DNA of 64,000 nt, from positions 1,149 through 65,148 of the forward strand of contig CALAHN010000067.1 in assembly GCA_937891825.1 (NCBI GenBank). The letters are read 5' to 3'. The notes under the pieces are model-generated. The model saw only the letters and a list, made by a program, of their open reading frames with translations, was not told where the DNA came from and did not search any database. Source of the DNA: an uncultured Alphaproteobacteria bacterium (GTDB taxonomy: Bacteria > Pseudomonadota > Alphaproteobacteria > Bin95). A program made the position numbers and the translations under genes. This document shows positions 8,840 through 26,116 of the stretch, piece after piece; the first letter of the stretch is position 1, and every line of letters begins with the position of its first letter.

Positions 8840-10003
8840 ATGACCCGCAAAATCGTAGCATTGCTCGCCAGCGCCTCGGCGCTGGCATTAACCGGCGTCG
8901 CATCGGCCGACACCCACGCCCCTAAACTGCCGGCATCCAATGTCTGGACCGCCTATGACCTCGGTTCGTCCGGGTATGCTGAAGCCGCCGGCATCGCCAA
9001 CGCGTTCCAGCAGCAGTTCCGGGCTCGCGTCCGCATCATTCCGTCAGGCACCTCGATCGGCCGCATGCTGCCGCTCGTGACCGGCAAGGCGCAGTTCGGC
9101 TTCCTGGCGAACGAAGCTTTCTTCGCCGCAGAAGGCAGCTATGACTTCGCCGTGCCGGAATGGGGCCCGCAGGATATCCGGATCATTTCCGGCCGCATCG
9201 CGACCGTCGGCCTCGCCGTCGCCGGCGATATCGGCGTGAAGTCGATTTCGGACCTGAAGGGCAAGCGTATCGGCTACGTCAAGGGCAATCCCTCGGTCAA
9301 CGTCAAGAACGACGCCTATCTGGCGTTCGGCGGCTTGACCCAGGCTGACATCCAGGTGGTCTGGTTCGGCAGCTATGGCGCGATGAAGACCGCGGTCATC
9401 GCCGGTCAGCTTGACGCTTTCGGCAGCGTGACGACTTCGGCGAACATGCGCGAAATCGAAGCCAGCCCGCGCGGCCTGATCTGGCCGCCGTTCCCGCCTG
9501 AAGACAAGGAAGGCTGGAAGAACGTGACCGATGTCGTTTCGTTCGCAGCGCCTGCGCAGGAAACGCAAGGCGCCGCCGTTTCGAAAGAGAACCCGGTTTG
9601 GCTGGTCGGATATCGCTATCCGATGATCACCACCTATGCTGCATCGACCTCGACCGACACGGCCTATCAGATGATCAAGGGCCTTGACGTCGCGTTCGAC
9701 GCCTACAGCAAGACCACCGCGTCGTCCTTCAACTGGAAAGTCGAAAATTCCGGACGCCCGCCCTACGATGCGCCGGCCCATGACGGCACCATTCAGTACA
9801 TGAAGGAAAAAGGCTGGTGGCGCGCCGAGGATCAGGCATGGCAGGACAAGCGCCTTGCCCGCCTGAACAGTGTTCTGGAGAACTGGGATCTGGCGCAGGC
9901 CGCGTTCACGGAGTACCAGATCGCCGAGAAGGACAAGGGCAACAAGGTCGGCGACGACAAGTGGCTTGAGTTCTGGGACGAATGGCGCGCGAAAAACCTC
10001 TAG
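8840..10003 (+). CDS. Periplasmic solute-binding protein, TAXI-family TRAP receptor-like (NMT1-like fold)
   Basis: N-terminal signal peptide (ASASALALTGVASA-DT). C-terminal HDGTIQYMKEKGWW resembles the conserved TAXI HPGAxKYYKEKG motif. SD GGGAGG precedes ATG 8840. No TRAP permease genes nearby. Confidence 0.6.
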   Translation: MTRKIVALLASASALALTGVASADTHAPKLPASNVWTAYDLGSSGYAEAAGIANAFQQQFRARVRIIPSGTSIGRMLPLVTGKAQFGFLANEAFFAAEGSYDFAVPEWGPQDIRIISGRIATVGLAVAGDIGVKSISDLKGKRIGYVKGNPSVNVKNDAYLAFGGLTQADIQVVWFGSYGAMKTAVIAGQLDAFGSVTTSANMREIEASPRGLIWPPFPPEDKEGWKNVTDVVSFAAPAQETQGAAVSKENPVWLVGYRYPMITTYAASTSTDTAYQMIKGLDVAFDAYSKTTASSFNWKVENSGRPPYDAPAHDGTIQYMKEKGWWRAEDQAWQDKRLARLNSVLENWDLAQAAFTEYQIAEKDKGNKVGDDKWLEFWDEWRAKNL

Positions 10004-10032
10004 GCTTTCACGCTCCGACCTGACTTAGGATC

Positions 10033-10066
10033 AGGGGTCGCTCCAGTCCGGAGCGGCCCCTTTTTC
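10033..10066 (+). terminator. Rho-independent terminator downstream of the TAXI receptor gene
   Basis: 11-bp stem GGGGTCGCTCC/GGAGCGGCCCC (one G·U wobble), loop AGTCC, followed by TTTTTCC. Confidence 0.7.
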
Positions 10067-10168
10067 CATGAAGTGGACCGGCGCCGCCGCGCGAAACCGG
10101 ACCACTCGACGCGGCGTCGGGAACGGTCGTACCCTTCCGCCGCTTCATCCCCAGCAAGGGCGTCCGAC

Positions 10169-11437
10169 ATGTCTCCGTTCTTCCGTGGCCCGATGCCGTT
10201 TCTGTGCATCGGCCATTCCTTCGACCACATGTTCACATTGCTGTTCGCTGTCGTCGTCCTTGAGGTCGAGCGCGAGTTCGGGCTGACCTTCGGCGAAAGC
10301 ATGCAACTCGCCTGGCTGGGTTACGTGCTGTTCGGCGCGGGCGCGCCTCTTGCAGGCTGGTTGGCCGACCGGTGGTCCGACATCTGGATGATGGTTGTAT
10401 TCCTAGTCGGAATCGGGCTTGCGACCATGGGCGCCGGGCTTGCGACGACGCCGACGCAATTGTTTATCTGCCTGTCGTTGATCGGCCTGTTCGCCTCAAT
10501 CTATCATCCTGTCGGCATTCCGATGGTGATGCGCATCGCCGGCGCCAAGAGCGGCCGGATGCTGGGCTTGAACGGCATCTTCGGCAGCTATGGCATGGCG
10601 ATGGCGAGTGGCGTCGCGGCTTTGATGATCTGGCTCGCGGGCTGGCGCTACGCCTATATCGTGCCAGGGGCGATCAGCGTGGCGCTCGGGACCTGGTTCG
10701 CCTTCCGGTTCGGCGGCTTGGCGTCCGAGACCAATGCCGCGCGGCGCCTGCTCTCCAGCGGCTCTAAGAACAAGGAAGGCCTGGGAGACATGGTGCGCGA
10801 ATTCGGCCTCGGCCGGTTCATCCAGATCATGGGCGCGCTGTCGCTGATGACGCTTGGCGCCGGGCTAGTCTTCCAGTGCATGACGATCGGCCTGCCGAAA
10901 ATCCTCGAAGCGCGCGTCGACTGGATCGAGGGCGCCGAGAACGCCGGCACGGTCGCGGCGGTTATATTCTTCATCGGCGCGCTGGCGCAATTGGCTGGCG
11001 GGATGCTGGCGGATCGATTCCCGCTGAAATGGCTGTTCATCGCAATTTATGGCCTGATGACCCCTGCCCTCATCCTGGCGGCCTTCGCCCACAACGCGAT
11101 GATGCTGTTCGCGATCTGGCTGATCGTCATGATCACGGTCGGCAATCAGCCGGTCTCCGATTTCCTCTTCTCCCGGTATGTGCCAAAGCGCTGGGTGAAC
11201 ACGGCATTCGGCTTCCGCTTCGGCTTGTCTCTGGGCACATCGGTCATCGCAGTTCCGTTGATGGGCATTGTGTTCGATCGAACCGGCGACTTCTTTTATG
11301 CCTTCGTCGCCATGGCCTGCGCCGCGGTCATTGCGGTGCTGGCGGCGCTCGCCTTGCCGAACCGCGGCGTTCAGGACCTTGTCGCTGCGCTGAAAACCGT
11401 CCCGACCGCTGGTCCAGCTCCCGCCGGCGCCGACTAG
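10169..11437 (+). CDS. MFS transporter
   Basis: About 12 predicted TM helices and MFS-like loop motifs (…GIPMVMRIAGAKSGRMLGLNGIFGSYG…). Start set to ATG 10169 (MSPFFRG…). Confidence 0.8.
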   Translation: MSPFFRGPMPFLCIGHSFDHMFTLLFAVVVLEVEREFGLTFGESMQLAWLGYVLFGAGAPLAGWLADRWSDIWMMVVFLVGIGLATMGAGLATTPTQLFICLSLIGLFASIYHPVGIPMVMRIAGAKSGRMLGLNGIFGSYGMAMASGVAALMIWLAGWRYAYIVPGAISVALGTWFAFRFGGLASETNAARRLLSSGSKNKEGLGDMVREFGLGRFIQIMGALSLMTLGAGLVFQCMTIGLPKILEARVDWIEGAENAGTVAAVIFFIGALAQLAGGMLADRFPLKWLFIAIYGLMTPALILAAFAHNAMMLFAIWLIVMITVGNQPVSDFLFSRYVPKRWVNTAFGFRFGLSLGTSVIAVPLMGIVFDRTGDFFYAFVAMACAAVIAVLAALALPNRGVQDLVAALKTVPTAGPAPAGAD

Positions 11438-12009
11438 AGCGGGCTGGCCGGCGGCCGCTTCGAGCGGCGGAGGCGCGGGCCGCCGTGCCGGTGGGGGGCG
11501 CGCATCTCCACTGGCGCGCCAGCCTTCACCGGCCGCTCGGCAAATCGCCCCATGGAGAGCATGCGGTCATACATGACGAGCGCGCCTGCCAGGCCGACAT
11601 TGATGCAGAACCGCGTCGGAATCTTGACGACATAGGCGCAGCGTTCGGTCATTTCCGGCGACAGGCTGGCCCGTTCCGGCCCAAGCACATAGGCCGCCCG
11701 GGTCGGGTGCCGGAAGGACGGCAACTCGACCGCGTCGTCGGTCAACTCGATGCCGACCATGGCGCAATCGTCCGGCAGGCGCATATCGGCCAGCGTGTCG
11801 AATGCATACATCGGCAGCATGTCGGTCGCGCTTGAGGTATCGCTCTGCCGCTCGACCCGGCGGGTGAAGTCCGCGCCGACCGTGAACAGGAACTGCGCCC
11901 CCAAGGCATGCGCCGTCCGCATCAGCGCGCCCAGATTGCGCTGCTTGGAGAGCCCCTCGACCCCGATGCCAAAATAGCCTTTCATCCATCCATGCTTACC
12001 CGCGATCAT
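11434..12009 (-). CDS. TrmH/SpoU family RNA 2'-O-methyltransferase
   Basis: SPOUT-fold motifs (GYFGIGVEG…LGALMRTAHALGA; …VLGPERASLS…CAYVVKIP). Start may be the internal ATG at 11985. Overlaps the MFS stop by 4 nt (convergent). Confidence 0.65.
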   Translation of the reverse strand: MIAGKHGWMKGYFGIGVEGLSKQRNLGALMRTAHALGAQFLFTVGADFTRRVERQSDTSSATDMLPMYAFDTLADMRLPDDCAMVGIELTDDAVELPSFRHPTRAAYVLGPERASLSPEMTERCAYVVKIPTRFCINVGLAGALVMYDRMLSMGRFAERPVKAGAPVEMRAPHRHGGPRLRRSKRPPASPL

Positions 12010-12035
12010 TCGCTACTGAAAGGGACAATAAGCCC

Positions 12036-13070
12036 ATGCGCGCTGTTTACTGCCGGGACTGGCGTCCATTCGATGACCTGGAGATAGCCGAACTGCCCGA
12101 CCCGGCCCCGCCGGAAGCGGGCCTGCGGATCGCGGTCAAGGCGGCGGGCGTCAGTTTTGCGACGAGCCTTGTGGTCCAGGGCAAATATCAACGAAAGCCG
12201 CCCCGGCCCTTCACGCCGGGCACGGAAGTCGCAGGCATAGTCGAAGCCGTCGGCCCCAAGGCGACGCGCTTCAAGCCGGGCGACCGGGTCTTCGCCGTGA
12301 TCGACTGGGGCGGTCTCGCGGAGAAAGCCGCGGCGCTTGAAGTCAACGCCTACCCGATGCCGGCCGGCATGGACTTCGCGCCCGCGATCTCGCTGACCAA
12401 TTCCTATGGCACGTCGGCGGCGGCCTTGACGTGGCCGCATCTCCTGAACGTGCGCTCCGGCGAAACCTTGCTGGTCCACGGCGCCGCTGGCGGCGTCGGG
12501 ATCGCCGCCGTGGAAATCGGCAAGATCCTTGGCGCCAATGTGATCGCGACCGTCGGGTCGGCCGACAAGATGGCGGTCGTCAAGGCGCACGGCGCCGACC
12601 ATGTCATCAATTATCGCGAAACCGCCTTTCGCGAGGCCGTGCTGGACATCACCGGCGGCAAGGGCGTGAACGCCGTCTATGACCCGGTCGGCGGCGAGGT
12701 CTTCGCGGAAAGCCTCCGCTGCATGGCGGTCGAAAGCCGGATCATGCCGGTCGGGTTCGCGAGCGGCACGATCCCGACGATCCCGGCCAACATCCTGCTC
12801 GTGAAGAACATCACCGTAACCGGCCTGAATTTCGGCTATTACACGGGCTGGAGTCCGCACGATGCCCGCTACGAGTCCGAGCCGCGTCTGCGCCCGCTGA
12901 TGGAGCAACTGGCTGCTTGGCATTCGGCTGGATTGATCCGGCCGGAAGTCGCGGGCGTCTTCCCCTTGGATGGATTTCGCGACGCCATGGCGATGGTGCT
13001 CGGCCGGCAGGCGATCGGGCGGGTCGCGATCGTTTTCGCCGAAGAGGCCAAGCGCCTGAACATTGGCTGA
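12036..13070 (+). CDS. qor: NADPH:quinone oxidoreductase (zinc-independent MDR family)
   Basis: 344 aa. GAAGGVG nucleotide-binding motif. Typical Qor/zeta-crystallin architecture. Confidence 0.8.
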   Translation: MRAVYCRDWRPFDDLEIAELPDPAPPEAGLRIAVKAAGVSFATSLVVQGKYQRKPPRPFTPGTEVAGIVEAVGPKATRFKPGDRVFAVIDWGGLAEKAAALEVNAYPMPAGMDFAPAISLTNSYGTSAAALTWPHLLNVRSGETLLVHGAAGGVGIAAVEIGKILGANVIATVGSADKMAVVKAHGADHVINYRETAFREAVLDITGGKGVNAVYDPVGGEVFAESLRCMAVESRIMPVGFASGTIPTIPANILLVKNITVTGLNFGYYTGWSPHDARYESEPRLRPLMEQLAAWHSAGLIRPEVAGVFPLDGFRDAMAMVLGRQAIGRVAIVFAEEAKRLNIG

Positions 13071-13103
13071 CAGGCCCATACAATCTTTGCAGGAGGCGCA
13101 AAT

Positions 13104-13862
13104 ATGAAGCGTTTTGGCGACAAGATCGCAATCCTCACCGGCGGCGCGAACGGCATCGGTCAGGCCATCGCGAACCGCCTGGCCGCCGAAGGCGCGGCCG
13201 TGACGATCGTTGACCGTGAACAGGATGCAGCCGCGGCAGCAGCCGCTGCAATCGTCGATGCCGGCGGGCAGGCTCAGGCGATCCAGGGCGATGTCGCCGA
13301 CCCTGCCGCCGCGAGACAAGCGGTTGAAGCAACCGTCGGTCGCCACGGACGGCTCGATATCATGGTCTGCAATGCCGGCATTACCGACCGTGCGCCGTTT
13401 CTCGAGATGACGCCGGAATTCTTCGAGCGGGTCATCGGAATCAACTTGAAAGGCGCTTTCTACTTTGCCCAGGCGGCGGCAAAACAGATGGTGGCGCAAG
13501 GCGATGGCGGTCGTATCGTCTGTGTCGCCTCAAATTCCGGCCTCTTTGGTGGGCGTGGCCGCGCCGCTTATGGCGCCAGCAAGGCAGGCATGATCAACCT
13601 GGTCCAGACCATGGCGATCGAGCTGGCGGAGCATGGCGTCAACGTCAACGCGGTAGCGCCGGGGCCGACCCGGACGCGCGTCACGAAGACCGCCGATTTA
13701 CCGCCAAGCGTAATGGCGCGCATGCCCCAGCAACGGTTCGGTCGAGTTGACGAAATCGCTGCTGTGGCCGCCTTCCTGGCGTCCGACGAGGCGAGCTTCG
13801 TGACCGGTCAGGTCTATGCCGCGGACGGCGGCTATACCACGGCCGGGATGATGGAAGGCTGA
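13104..13862 (+). CDS. SDR family oxidoreductase (FabG-like 3-oxoacyl reductase)
   Basis: TGGANGIGQAIA glycine motif; NAG; YGASKAG catalytic Y-x3-K. Confidence 0.8.
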   Translation: MKRFGDKIAILTGGANGIGQAIANRLAAEGAAVTIVDREQDAAAAAAAAIVDAGGQAQAIQGDVADPAAARQAVEATVGRHGRLDIMVCNAGITDRAPFLEMTPEFFERVIGINLKGAFYFAQAAAKQMVAQGDGGRIVCVASNSGLFGGRGRAAYGASKAGMINLVQTMAIELAEHGVNVNAVAPGPTRTRVTKTADLPPSVMARMPQQRFGRVDEIAAVAAFLASDEASFVTGQVYAADGGYTTAGMMEG

Positions 13863-14173
13863 CCGTCGCGCTGGCTTCGGGCGACGACAACAGAATCGCT
13901 TGGCTTGAACGACCTATTCCTTTAAAAACGGACTTCCCTCGCGGTTGGATGACGCTCTGGCAAGGCAGTCCATGAAGCTGTGGCTGGTGTGCGTGCGATT
14001 TTCGACCAAAGTTCGAACAACGCCCGCTGCATTGGCTGCGGCGGGGGAGCCGCGGGCATCGAACAGCCTCAAACGGATCGACGCGACGGGCAGTTCCGCC
14101 TGAGCGCGCGGCGTGGGGATGGCTGTTCGGCGACCGCCGATTGATTGAACGTTGCGATTGAGGAGGACGCCCT

Positions 14174-18761
<4,588 letters not shown>

Positions 18762-18769
<8 letters not shown>

Positions 18770-20189
18770 GCCGACCGGTTTTCTGGAACTCGACCGGGCC
18801 GAACGCGACTATCTGCCGGTCGAAGATCGCCTGAAAAACTACGAGGAATTCGTCATTCCGCTGGGCGACGATGGCGTTCAGGCGCAAGGCGCCCGGTGCA
18901 TGGATTGTGGCATTCCCTTCTGCCACACCGGTTGCCCGGTCAATAACCAGATCCCCGATTGGAACGATCTGGTTTATGACGGCAATTGGCGGGAAGCGCT
19001 GGCGAACCTGCATTCGACCAACAACTTCCCGGAATTCACGGGCCGCATCTGCCCGGCGCCCTGCGAAGAATCCTGCGTGCTGAACATCAGCGACGATCCA
19101 GTCGCGATCAAGACGATCGAGTGCGCGATCATCGACAAGGGCTTCGAGGAAGGCTGGGTCAAGCCTGAGCCGCCCGAAGCCAAAACCGGCAAGAAAGTCG
19201 CTGTTGTCGGTTCCGGCCCTGCCGGCCTTGCCGCCTCCCAGCAACTGGCGCGCGCCGGCCATGATGTCGTGCTGTTCGAGAAAGCCGACCGGATCGGCGG
19301 CTTGCTGCGCTACGGCATTCCCGACTTTAAGATGTCCAAGCATCTGATCGACCGACGCATGCGGCAGATGGCGGTCGAAGGCGTTGTCTTCAAGACCGGC
19401 GTCCATGTCGGCGTCGATCTCTCGGCGAAAGATCTGCTGCGGGACTTCGACGCGGTCGTGCTCTCCGGCGGCGCTGAAGCCCCCCGCGATCTACCGATCG
19501 AGGGCCGGGACCTGAACGGCGTACATTTCGCCATGGAATTCCTGCCCCAGCAGAACAAGCGCGTCGCGGGCGACACGATCCCGGCTGATGTGGCGCTCCG
19601 CGCCGACGGCAAGAAAGTCCTGGTGATTGGCGGCGGCGACACAGGCTCGGACTGCATCGGCACCTCCAACCGCCATGGCGCGGTTGCGGTGACGCAGTTG
19701 GAAATCATGCCGAAGCCGCCGGTACGTGAGGACAAGCAGATGGTCTGGCCGGACTGGCCGATCAAGCTCCGCACCTCCTCCAGCCACGAAGAAGGCGTCG
19801 AGCGCGCCTTCGCCGCCAGCACCATGCGTTTCAAGGGCAAGGACGGCCATGTGACCGGCGCGACGATCACCGAGGTCGAATGGACCGACAAGGGCCCGAA
19901 GCCGATCCCCGGCAGCGAGAAGGAAATCGAGTGCGATCTCGTCCTGCTCGCCATGGGGTTTGTCGGCCCGGTCAAGGCTGGCGTGATCGAGGACCTTGGC
20001 GTCGATCTCGACGGGCGCGGCAACGTCTTCGCGGATGATTTTTCCTACAAGACCTCGGTCGACAAGGTGTTCACGGCAGGCGACATGCGCCGGGGCCAGT
20101 CGCTTGTCGTCTGGGCGATCCGGGAAGGTCGGCAATGCGCCCGCGCCGTCGATCTGTACCTGATGGCTCAGACCGAACTGCCGCGGTAG
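18762..20189 (+). CDS. gltD: Glutamate synthase small subunit
   Basis: 475 aa. Fe-S Cys cluster motifs ([15 protein letters not shown]) and FAD/NAD(P) dinucleotide-binding GSGPAG motifs. Confidence 0.95.
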
Positions 20190-20211
20190 CGCGAGGCTCA
20201 GACCCGGCCGA

Positions 20212-21204
20212 TCAAACCAGGACGACTTTACCGATCGCCGTCCGGTCGATCAGCATCTGCAAGGCCACGTCGGCTTTGGCGAGCGGCAGCACGGCCGATA
20301 CCAAGGGATTGAGCTTGCCGGCGCCCGCCATCTCGATCAGCGCCTTGAGATTGTCCGCCGCGAGCTCTGGCTGAAACTCCGTAAAGCCGCCCAGGCGGAC
20401 TCCGACGGCGCTCGCGCCCTTGATCAGCAGATGATTGGTCTTGGCGAGCGCAGGCGCGCCCGCGAGAAAGCCCAGAATGAGGATGCGGCCGCCCCAGTTG
20501 ATGCAGCGAGTGCATTCCTCGAAGGCCCAGCCGCCAAGCGGATCCCAGAAGACATCCGCGCCCTTGCCGCCAGTTAGGTCCTTGATGGTCTCGCGGAAGC
20601 GGCCGGGATTGCCTTCAGCCGGGTCGCCATAGCCGATGGCATGGTCGGCGCCGGCCGCCAGGGTCGCGGCCTGCTTCTCGGCCGATGAAGCGACGGCGAT
20701 CACCGTCGCCCCAAGCGCCTTACCGACCTGAATGGCGGCGAGGCCGATGCCGCCCGCCGCGCCCAGCACGACCAAAGTCTCTCCGGGCTGAATGGATGCG
20801 CGCTGAACCAGCGCGTGATAGGCGGTCGCATAGGCGGAGCGAAAGCCCGCCGCCTGCTCCATGGAGAAGCCTTTGGGTATCGGCGCCAGATCCATTGCCG
20901 AACAGACGCCGAAGTCCGCGAACCCGCCGGGCGAATGGCGGCTCATGACCTGTTGGCCGATGGCGTAGTCCGTAACGCCCGCGCCGACCGCGACGATCTC
21001 CCCCGCCGCCTCGCCGCCTGGAATGAAGGGAGGCTCGGGGCGGAATTGGTATTTCCCCGCCACCATCAGCACGTCGACATACTGGACCGCACGAGCCGCG
21101 ATCTTCACCTTGACCTGGCCGGGCCCGGCTTCAGGCTCGGGCGCGTCCGTATGGAGTTTGACCGCATCGGGGCCGCCGAAGCGTTCACAGATAATGGCGC
21201 GCAT
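20212..21204 (-). CDS. NADPH:quinone reductase / zinc-binding dehydrogenase family oxidoreductase
   Basis: 330 aa. GAAGGIG motif. MDR superfamily. Downstream of ggt on the same strand with a 15-nt gap. Confidence 0.8.
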   Translation of the reverse strand: MRAIICERFGGPDAVKLHTDAPEPEAGPGQVKVKIAARAVQYVDVLMVAGKYQFRPEPPFIPGGEAAGEIVAVGAGVTDYAIGQQVMSRHSPGGFADFGVCSAMDLAPIPKGFSMEQAAGFRSAYATAYHALVQRASIQPGETLVVLGAAGGIGLAAIQVGKALGATVIAVASSAEKQAATLAAGADHAIGYGDPAEGNPGRFRETIKDLTGGKGADVFWDPLGGWAFEECTRCINWGGRILILGFLAGAPALAKTNHLLIKGASAVGVRLGGFTEFQPELAADNLKALIEMAGAGKLNPLVSAVLPLAKADVALQMLIDRTAIGKVVLV

Positions 21205-21219
21205 GCTTTGTGTCTCCTG

Positions 21220-22953
21220 TTACCAGCCAAGCGCGTAGGCGACGCGGCGCGGGTCGGCGCCGGCAGACTTCATGCCGGTCTCGCGGTCGTCAAGGATCAT
21301 GCAGATCGAGCCCGCGAGCCAGGTCCTGTCGGGCCAGCGCTCGACCCTGTGGCCGCGCGCGCCGAGATCGGCGCCAGTCGCGGCTGCGATCTTGCCTTCG
21401 ATCCGCAGCAGGCCCGGATGATAGTCATGGGGCTCGAACGACGACGGGAACGAATAGCTGGCGAAGCGCGGCTGCTCCACCGCCGCTTGCGGCCCCATGC
21501 CGAAGACCGCGACATTGGCGAAGGTTTGGGCCATGGCCTGGGTCTGCACGTCGCCGCCGGGCGTGCCGAGCGGCAGGAACGCCTTGCCGTTCCCGCGAAC
21601 CGCGATAGCCGGGTTCGGCGTCAGGCGCGGACGCTTGCCGGGCGCGATCGACGACGGATGCGCCGGATCCGTCCAGGACTGGACGCCGCGCGGGCTGATG
21701 TTCATGCCCGTGCCGGGAACGACCGCGCCATTGTAGGAGCCGTCCGATGGCGTCGCCGAAAAGACGTTGCCCTTGGCGTCGACGACGCAGAGATAGGACG
21801 TGTCGAGCGCGCCGCCGGGATGCGGCTCCCCGCCAGAGGGGCTGGGGATCGGGGCGCCGCGCCAGGGCGCGCCCGCGGCGTCGCCCGGCGGCGGCATTTC
21901 GGCGAAGGCATGACGCATATCGATCCGGGCCGCTTGCGCTTCCGCATACTCGTCCGAGAGCAGTCGCTCGATCGGCACATCCACGAAACGCGGATCGCCG
22001 AAATAGGCGTCCCGATCCGACATGGCGAGCTTTGTCGCTTCGACGTGAGCATGGATATAGTCGACGCTGTTCAGCCCGAAGCTTTTGAGATCGAAGCGCT
22101 TCAGCAGATTGAGCTTCTGCAGCAATGCCGGGCCCTGGCACCAGGGGCCGCAACCGAACACCTGCCAGTCGCCGAACCCGGTTGCGACCGGCGGCTCGAA
22201 GCCGACCTGTAAATTCGCCAGATCCTGCATCGTGAGCCAGCCGCCGACGCTGGCGTAATAGTCGGTGATCGTTCGGGCCAGATCGCCTTTATAGAAAGCA
22301 TCGCGAGCGCTCTGCAGCCCCTGGCGACGGTCGGCGCCTTTGGCAAGGGCCGCGCTCTCCTGGTCGATCATGAACTGAAGACTGGCGCCCAAGTCTTTCT
22401 GATAAAACAATTCCCCGATAGCCGGCGGCTCGCCGTCATTCGCCAGATAGATGCCGGCGGCATAGGGGAATGCCGCATAATTCTTAAGATTGTCGACGAT
22501 GGTCTGACGGAGCAGAGCATTCATCGGGAACCCGTCCCGGGCGAAGCGGACGGCATAATGGGCGACGTCGCCGAAAGACATGGTCCCGAAGCGGTCGAGC
22601 GCCGCGATCCACGCAGCCGGTGCCGAGGGCACGACCGTGCGCATCGGGCCGACCGGTATGGCGCCGCCATGGGCTCGCTGGAAATAGCCGATGTCTGCTG
22701 CTTCCGGCCAGCCGCCGAGGCCGGAGATCGTGCACATCTGAGCGCGCTCGGCGTCCCACAGAATAATCGGCGCGACGCCGGCGACGCTCACCAGATCCGA
22801 TTGCAGCACGCCAAGCGCCAGGCCGCCCGCGACGCCGGCGTCGATGGCGTTGCCCCCGGCCTGCAAGATCTCGAACGCCGCCTGGCTCGCATAATAATGC
22901 CCGCTTGAGACGGCAAATCGACTGCCTTGGATTTCCGGCCGTTCGGTCGCCAT
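21220..22953 (-). CDS. ggt: Gamma-glutamyltransferase
   Basis: GGT family motifs including the catalytic T region (…TSYLCVVD…) and GGxxI patterns. Start re-placed at ATG 22953 (MATERPE…); the ORF-track start 23004 is upstream. Confidence 0.85.
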   Translation of the reverse strand: MATERPEIQGSRFAVSSGHYYASQAAFEILQAGGNAIDAGVAGGLALGVLQSDLVSVAGVAPIILWDAERAQMCTISGLGGWPEAADIGYFQRAHGGAIPVGPMRTVVPSAPAAWIAALDRFGTMSFGDVAHYAVRFARDGFPMNALLRQTIVDNLKNYAAFPYAAGIYLANDGEPPAIGELFYQKDLGASLQFMIDQESAALAKGADRRQGLQSARDAFYKGDLARTITDYYASVGGWLTMQDLANLQVGFEPPVATGFGDWQVFGCGPWCQGPALLQKLNLLKRFDLKSFGLNSVDYIHAHVEATKLAMSDRDAYFGDPRFVDVPIERLLSDEYAEAQAARIDMRHAFAEMPPPGDAAGAPWRGAPIPSPSGGEPHPGGALDTSYLCVVDAKGNVFSATPSDGSYNGAVVPGTGMNISPRGVQSWTDPAHPSSIAPGKRPRLTPNPAIAVRGNGKAFLPLGTPGGDVQTQAMAQTFANVAVFGMGPQAAVEQPRFASYSFPSSFEPHDYHPGLLRIEGKIAAATGADLGARGHRVERWPDRTWLAGSICMILDDRETGMKSAGADPRRVAYALGW

Positions 22954-23007
22954 GCTATGCCCTCCTGAAATTCCAGGCGCACAGTGTGCCGCAATACAGG
23001 CCATCCC

Positions 23008-25169
<2,162 letters not shown>

Positions 25170-25228
25170 GGTGTTTTTTCACTAATTTTTCTGTATACAC
25201 TCTCCGATGACCATCAGGAGCATCGGAT

Positions 25229-26056
25229 ATGGGTTTAGACCTTGTCGTCTTACAGCGGGAAAATGACGATAGCCCCGAAAATTGGCCAGGGCTCGCGCTT
25301 GATGCTCGCCGCGCCGACGATCCCTCCCCAGAAACGCAGGCTGAACTTCGCCTCATTTATGACAATCGGTATGCGGACGAACCCTGGGCGCGGGCGGCCG
25401 AATTCAAAGGCTGGCCGCCTGCACCGAAAATTACGAGCGTAGGAAGCCTACTGTGCTTCCCGCTGATGCTGCTGATCGGATGGCCGGTCGCGTGGCTGAA
25501 GGCGCGGGCGGCGAAGCAACGAGACGATGTGCGCGTCCGGCCGTCATTCGAGGAATGGCGTGCGGAACAAGCGGCGATGGACCCGCCGCCGGTCGTCCTC
25601 CGCGTCGGCCCGAATTGCCTGCCTGAGGCTATTCCTTACATCGAGGCCGCAGTCCAATGGTATGGCTACCGTGGCAAAGCGGTCCAGCCGGATCTGAATC
25701 CTCTCGTGAACTGGTGGTGTGTGAAGCACGACATAGACCTGAATATCGCCCTCTTTGGGGAACAGGTCGAAGATGGCCCATCGACGCTGACCGACCCTAG
25801 CCAGTTCGATGAACTCGCCGGCTACACGATTGGGGATATGGCGACGATGTTTGAAGGCATGGCCGCGGATTGCGCTGCAGCGTTCCCCGACCTCGCTGCT
25901 GCGGCGGACGCGGACAACGATGAAAAATGCGGCCCCTATCCCGAACATGGCATCGAAAGTTCCATCGAACCGTTTTACCTCCTCGCGATTCGGGGCGCCG
26001 CGCGCTTTTTCCGTTTCTGGGAAGGCAAGGGCTTCCCTATCGCGCCGGACTTTTGA
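25229..26056 (+). CDS. Hypothetical protein (275 aa, one predicted TM helix)
   Basis: Clean ORF with SD caggag. Preceded by a low-GC hairpin region. No recognisable domain. Confidence 0.5.
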   Translation: MGLDLVVLQRENDDSPENWPGLALDARRADDPSPETQAELRLIYDNRYADEPWARAAEFKGWPPAPKITSVGSLLCFPLMLLIGWPVAWLKARAAKQRDDVRVRPSFEEWRAEQAAMDPPPVVLRVGPNCLPEAIPYIEAAVQWYGYRGKAVQPDLNPLVNWWCVKHDIDLNIALFGEQVEDGPSTLTDPSQFDELAGYTIGDMATMFEGMAADCAAAFPDLAAAADADNDEKCGPYPEHGIESSIEPFYLLAIRGAARFFRFWEGKGFPIAPDF

Positions 26057-26116
26057 TCCGGACAGGATCGGTTAGACTTCGGCTCAAATCTTTCTTTGAC
26101 CGAAGGAAACGCGCCC

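Noticed and set aside
8646-8843. 65-aa ORF in the leader of the binding-protein gene.
   Set aside because: No SD. It overlaps the strong SD/ATG of the downstream gene. Composition is typical of a random ORF.
13980-14000. Sigma54-type promoter (TGGCAAGGCAGTCCA) upstream of gltB.
   Set aside because: The GG-N10-GC spacing is not satisfied (CA at the -12 position).
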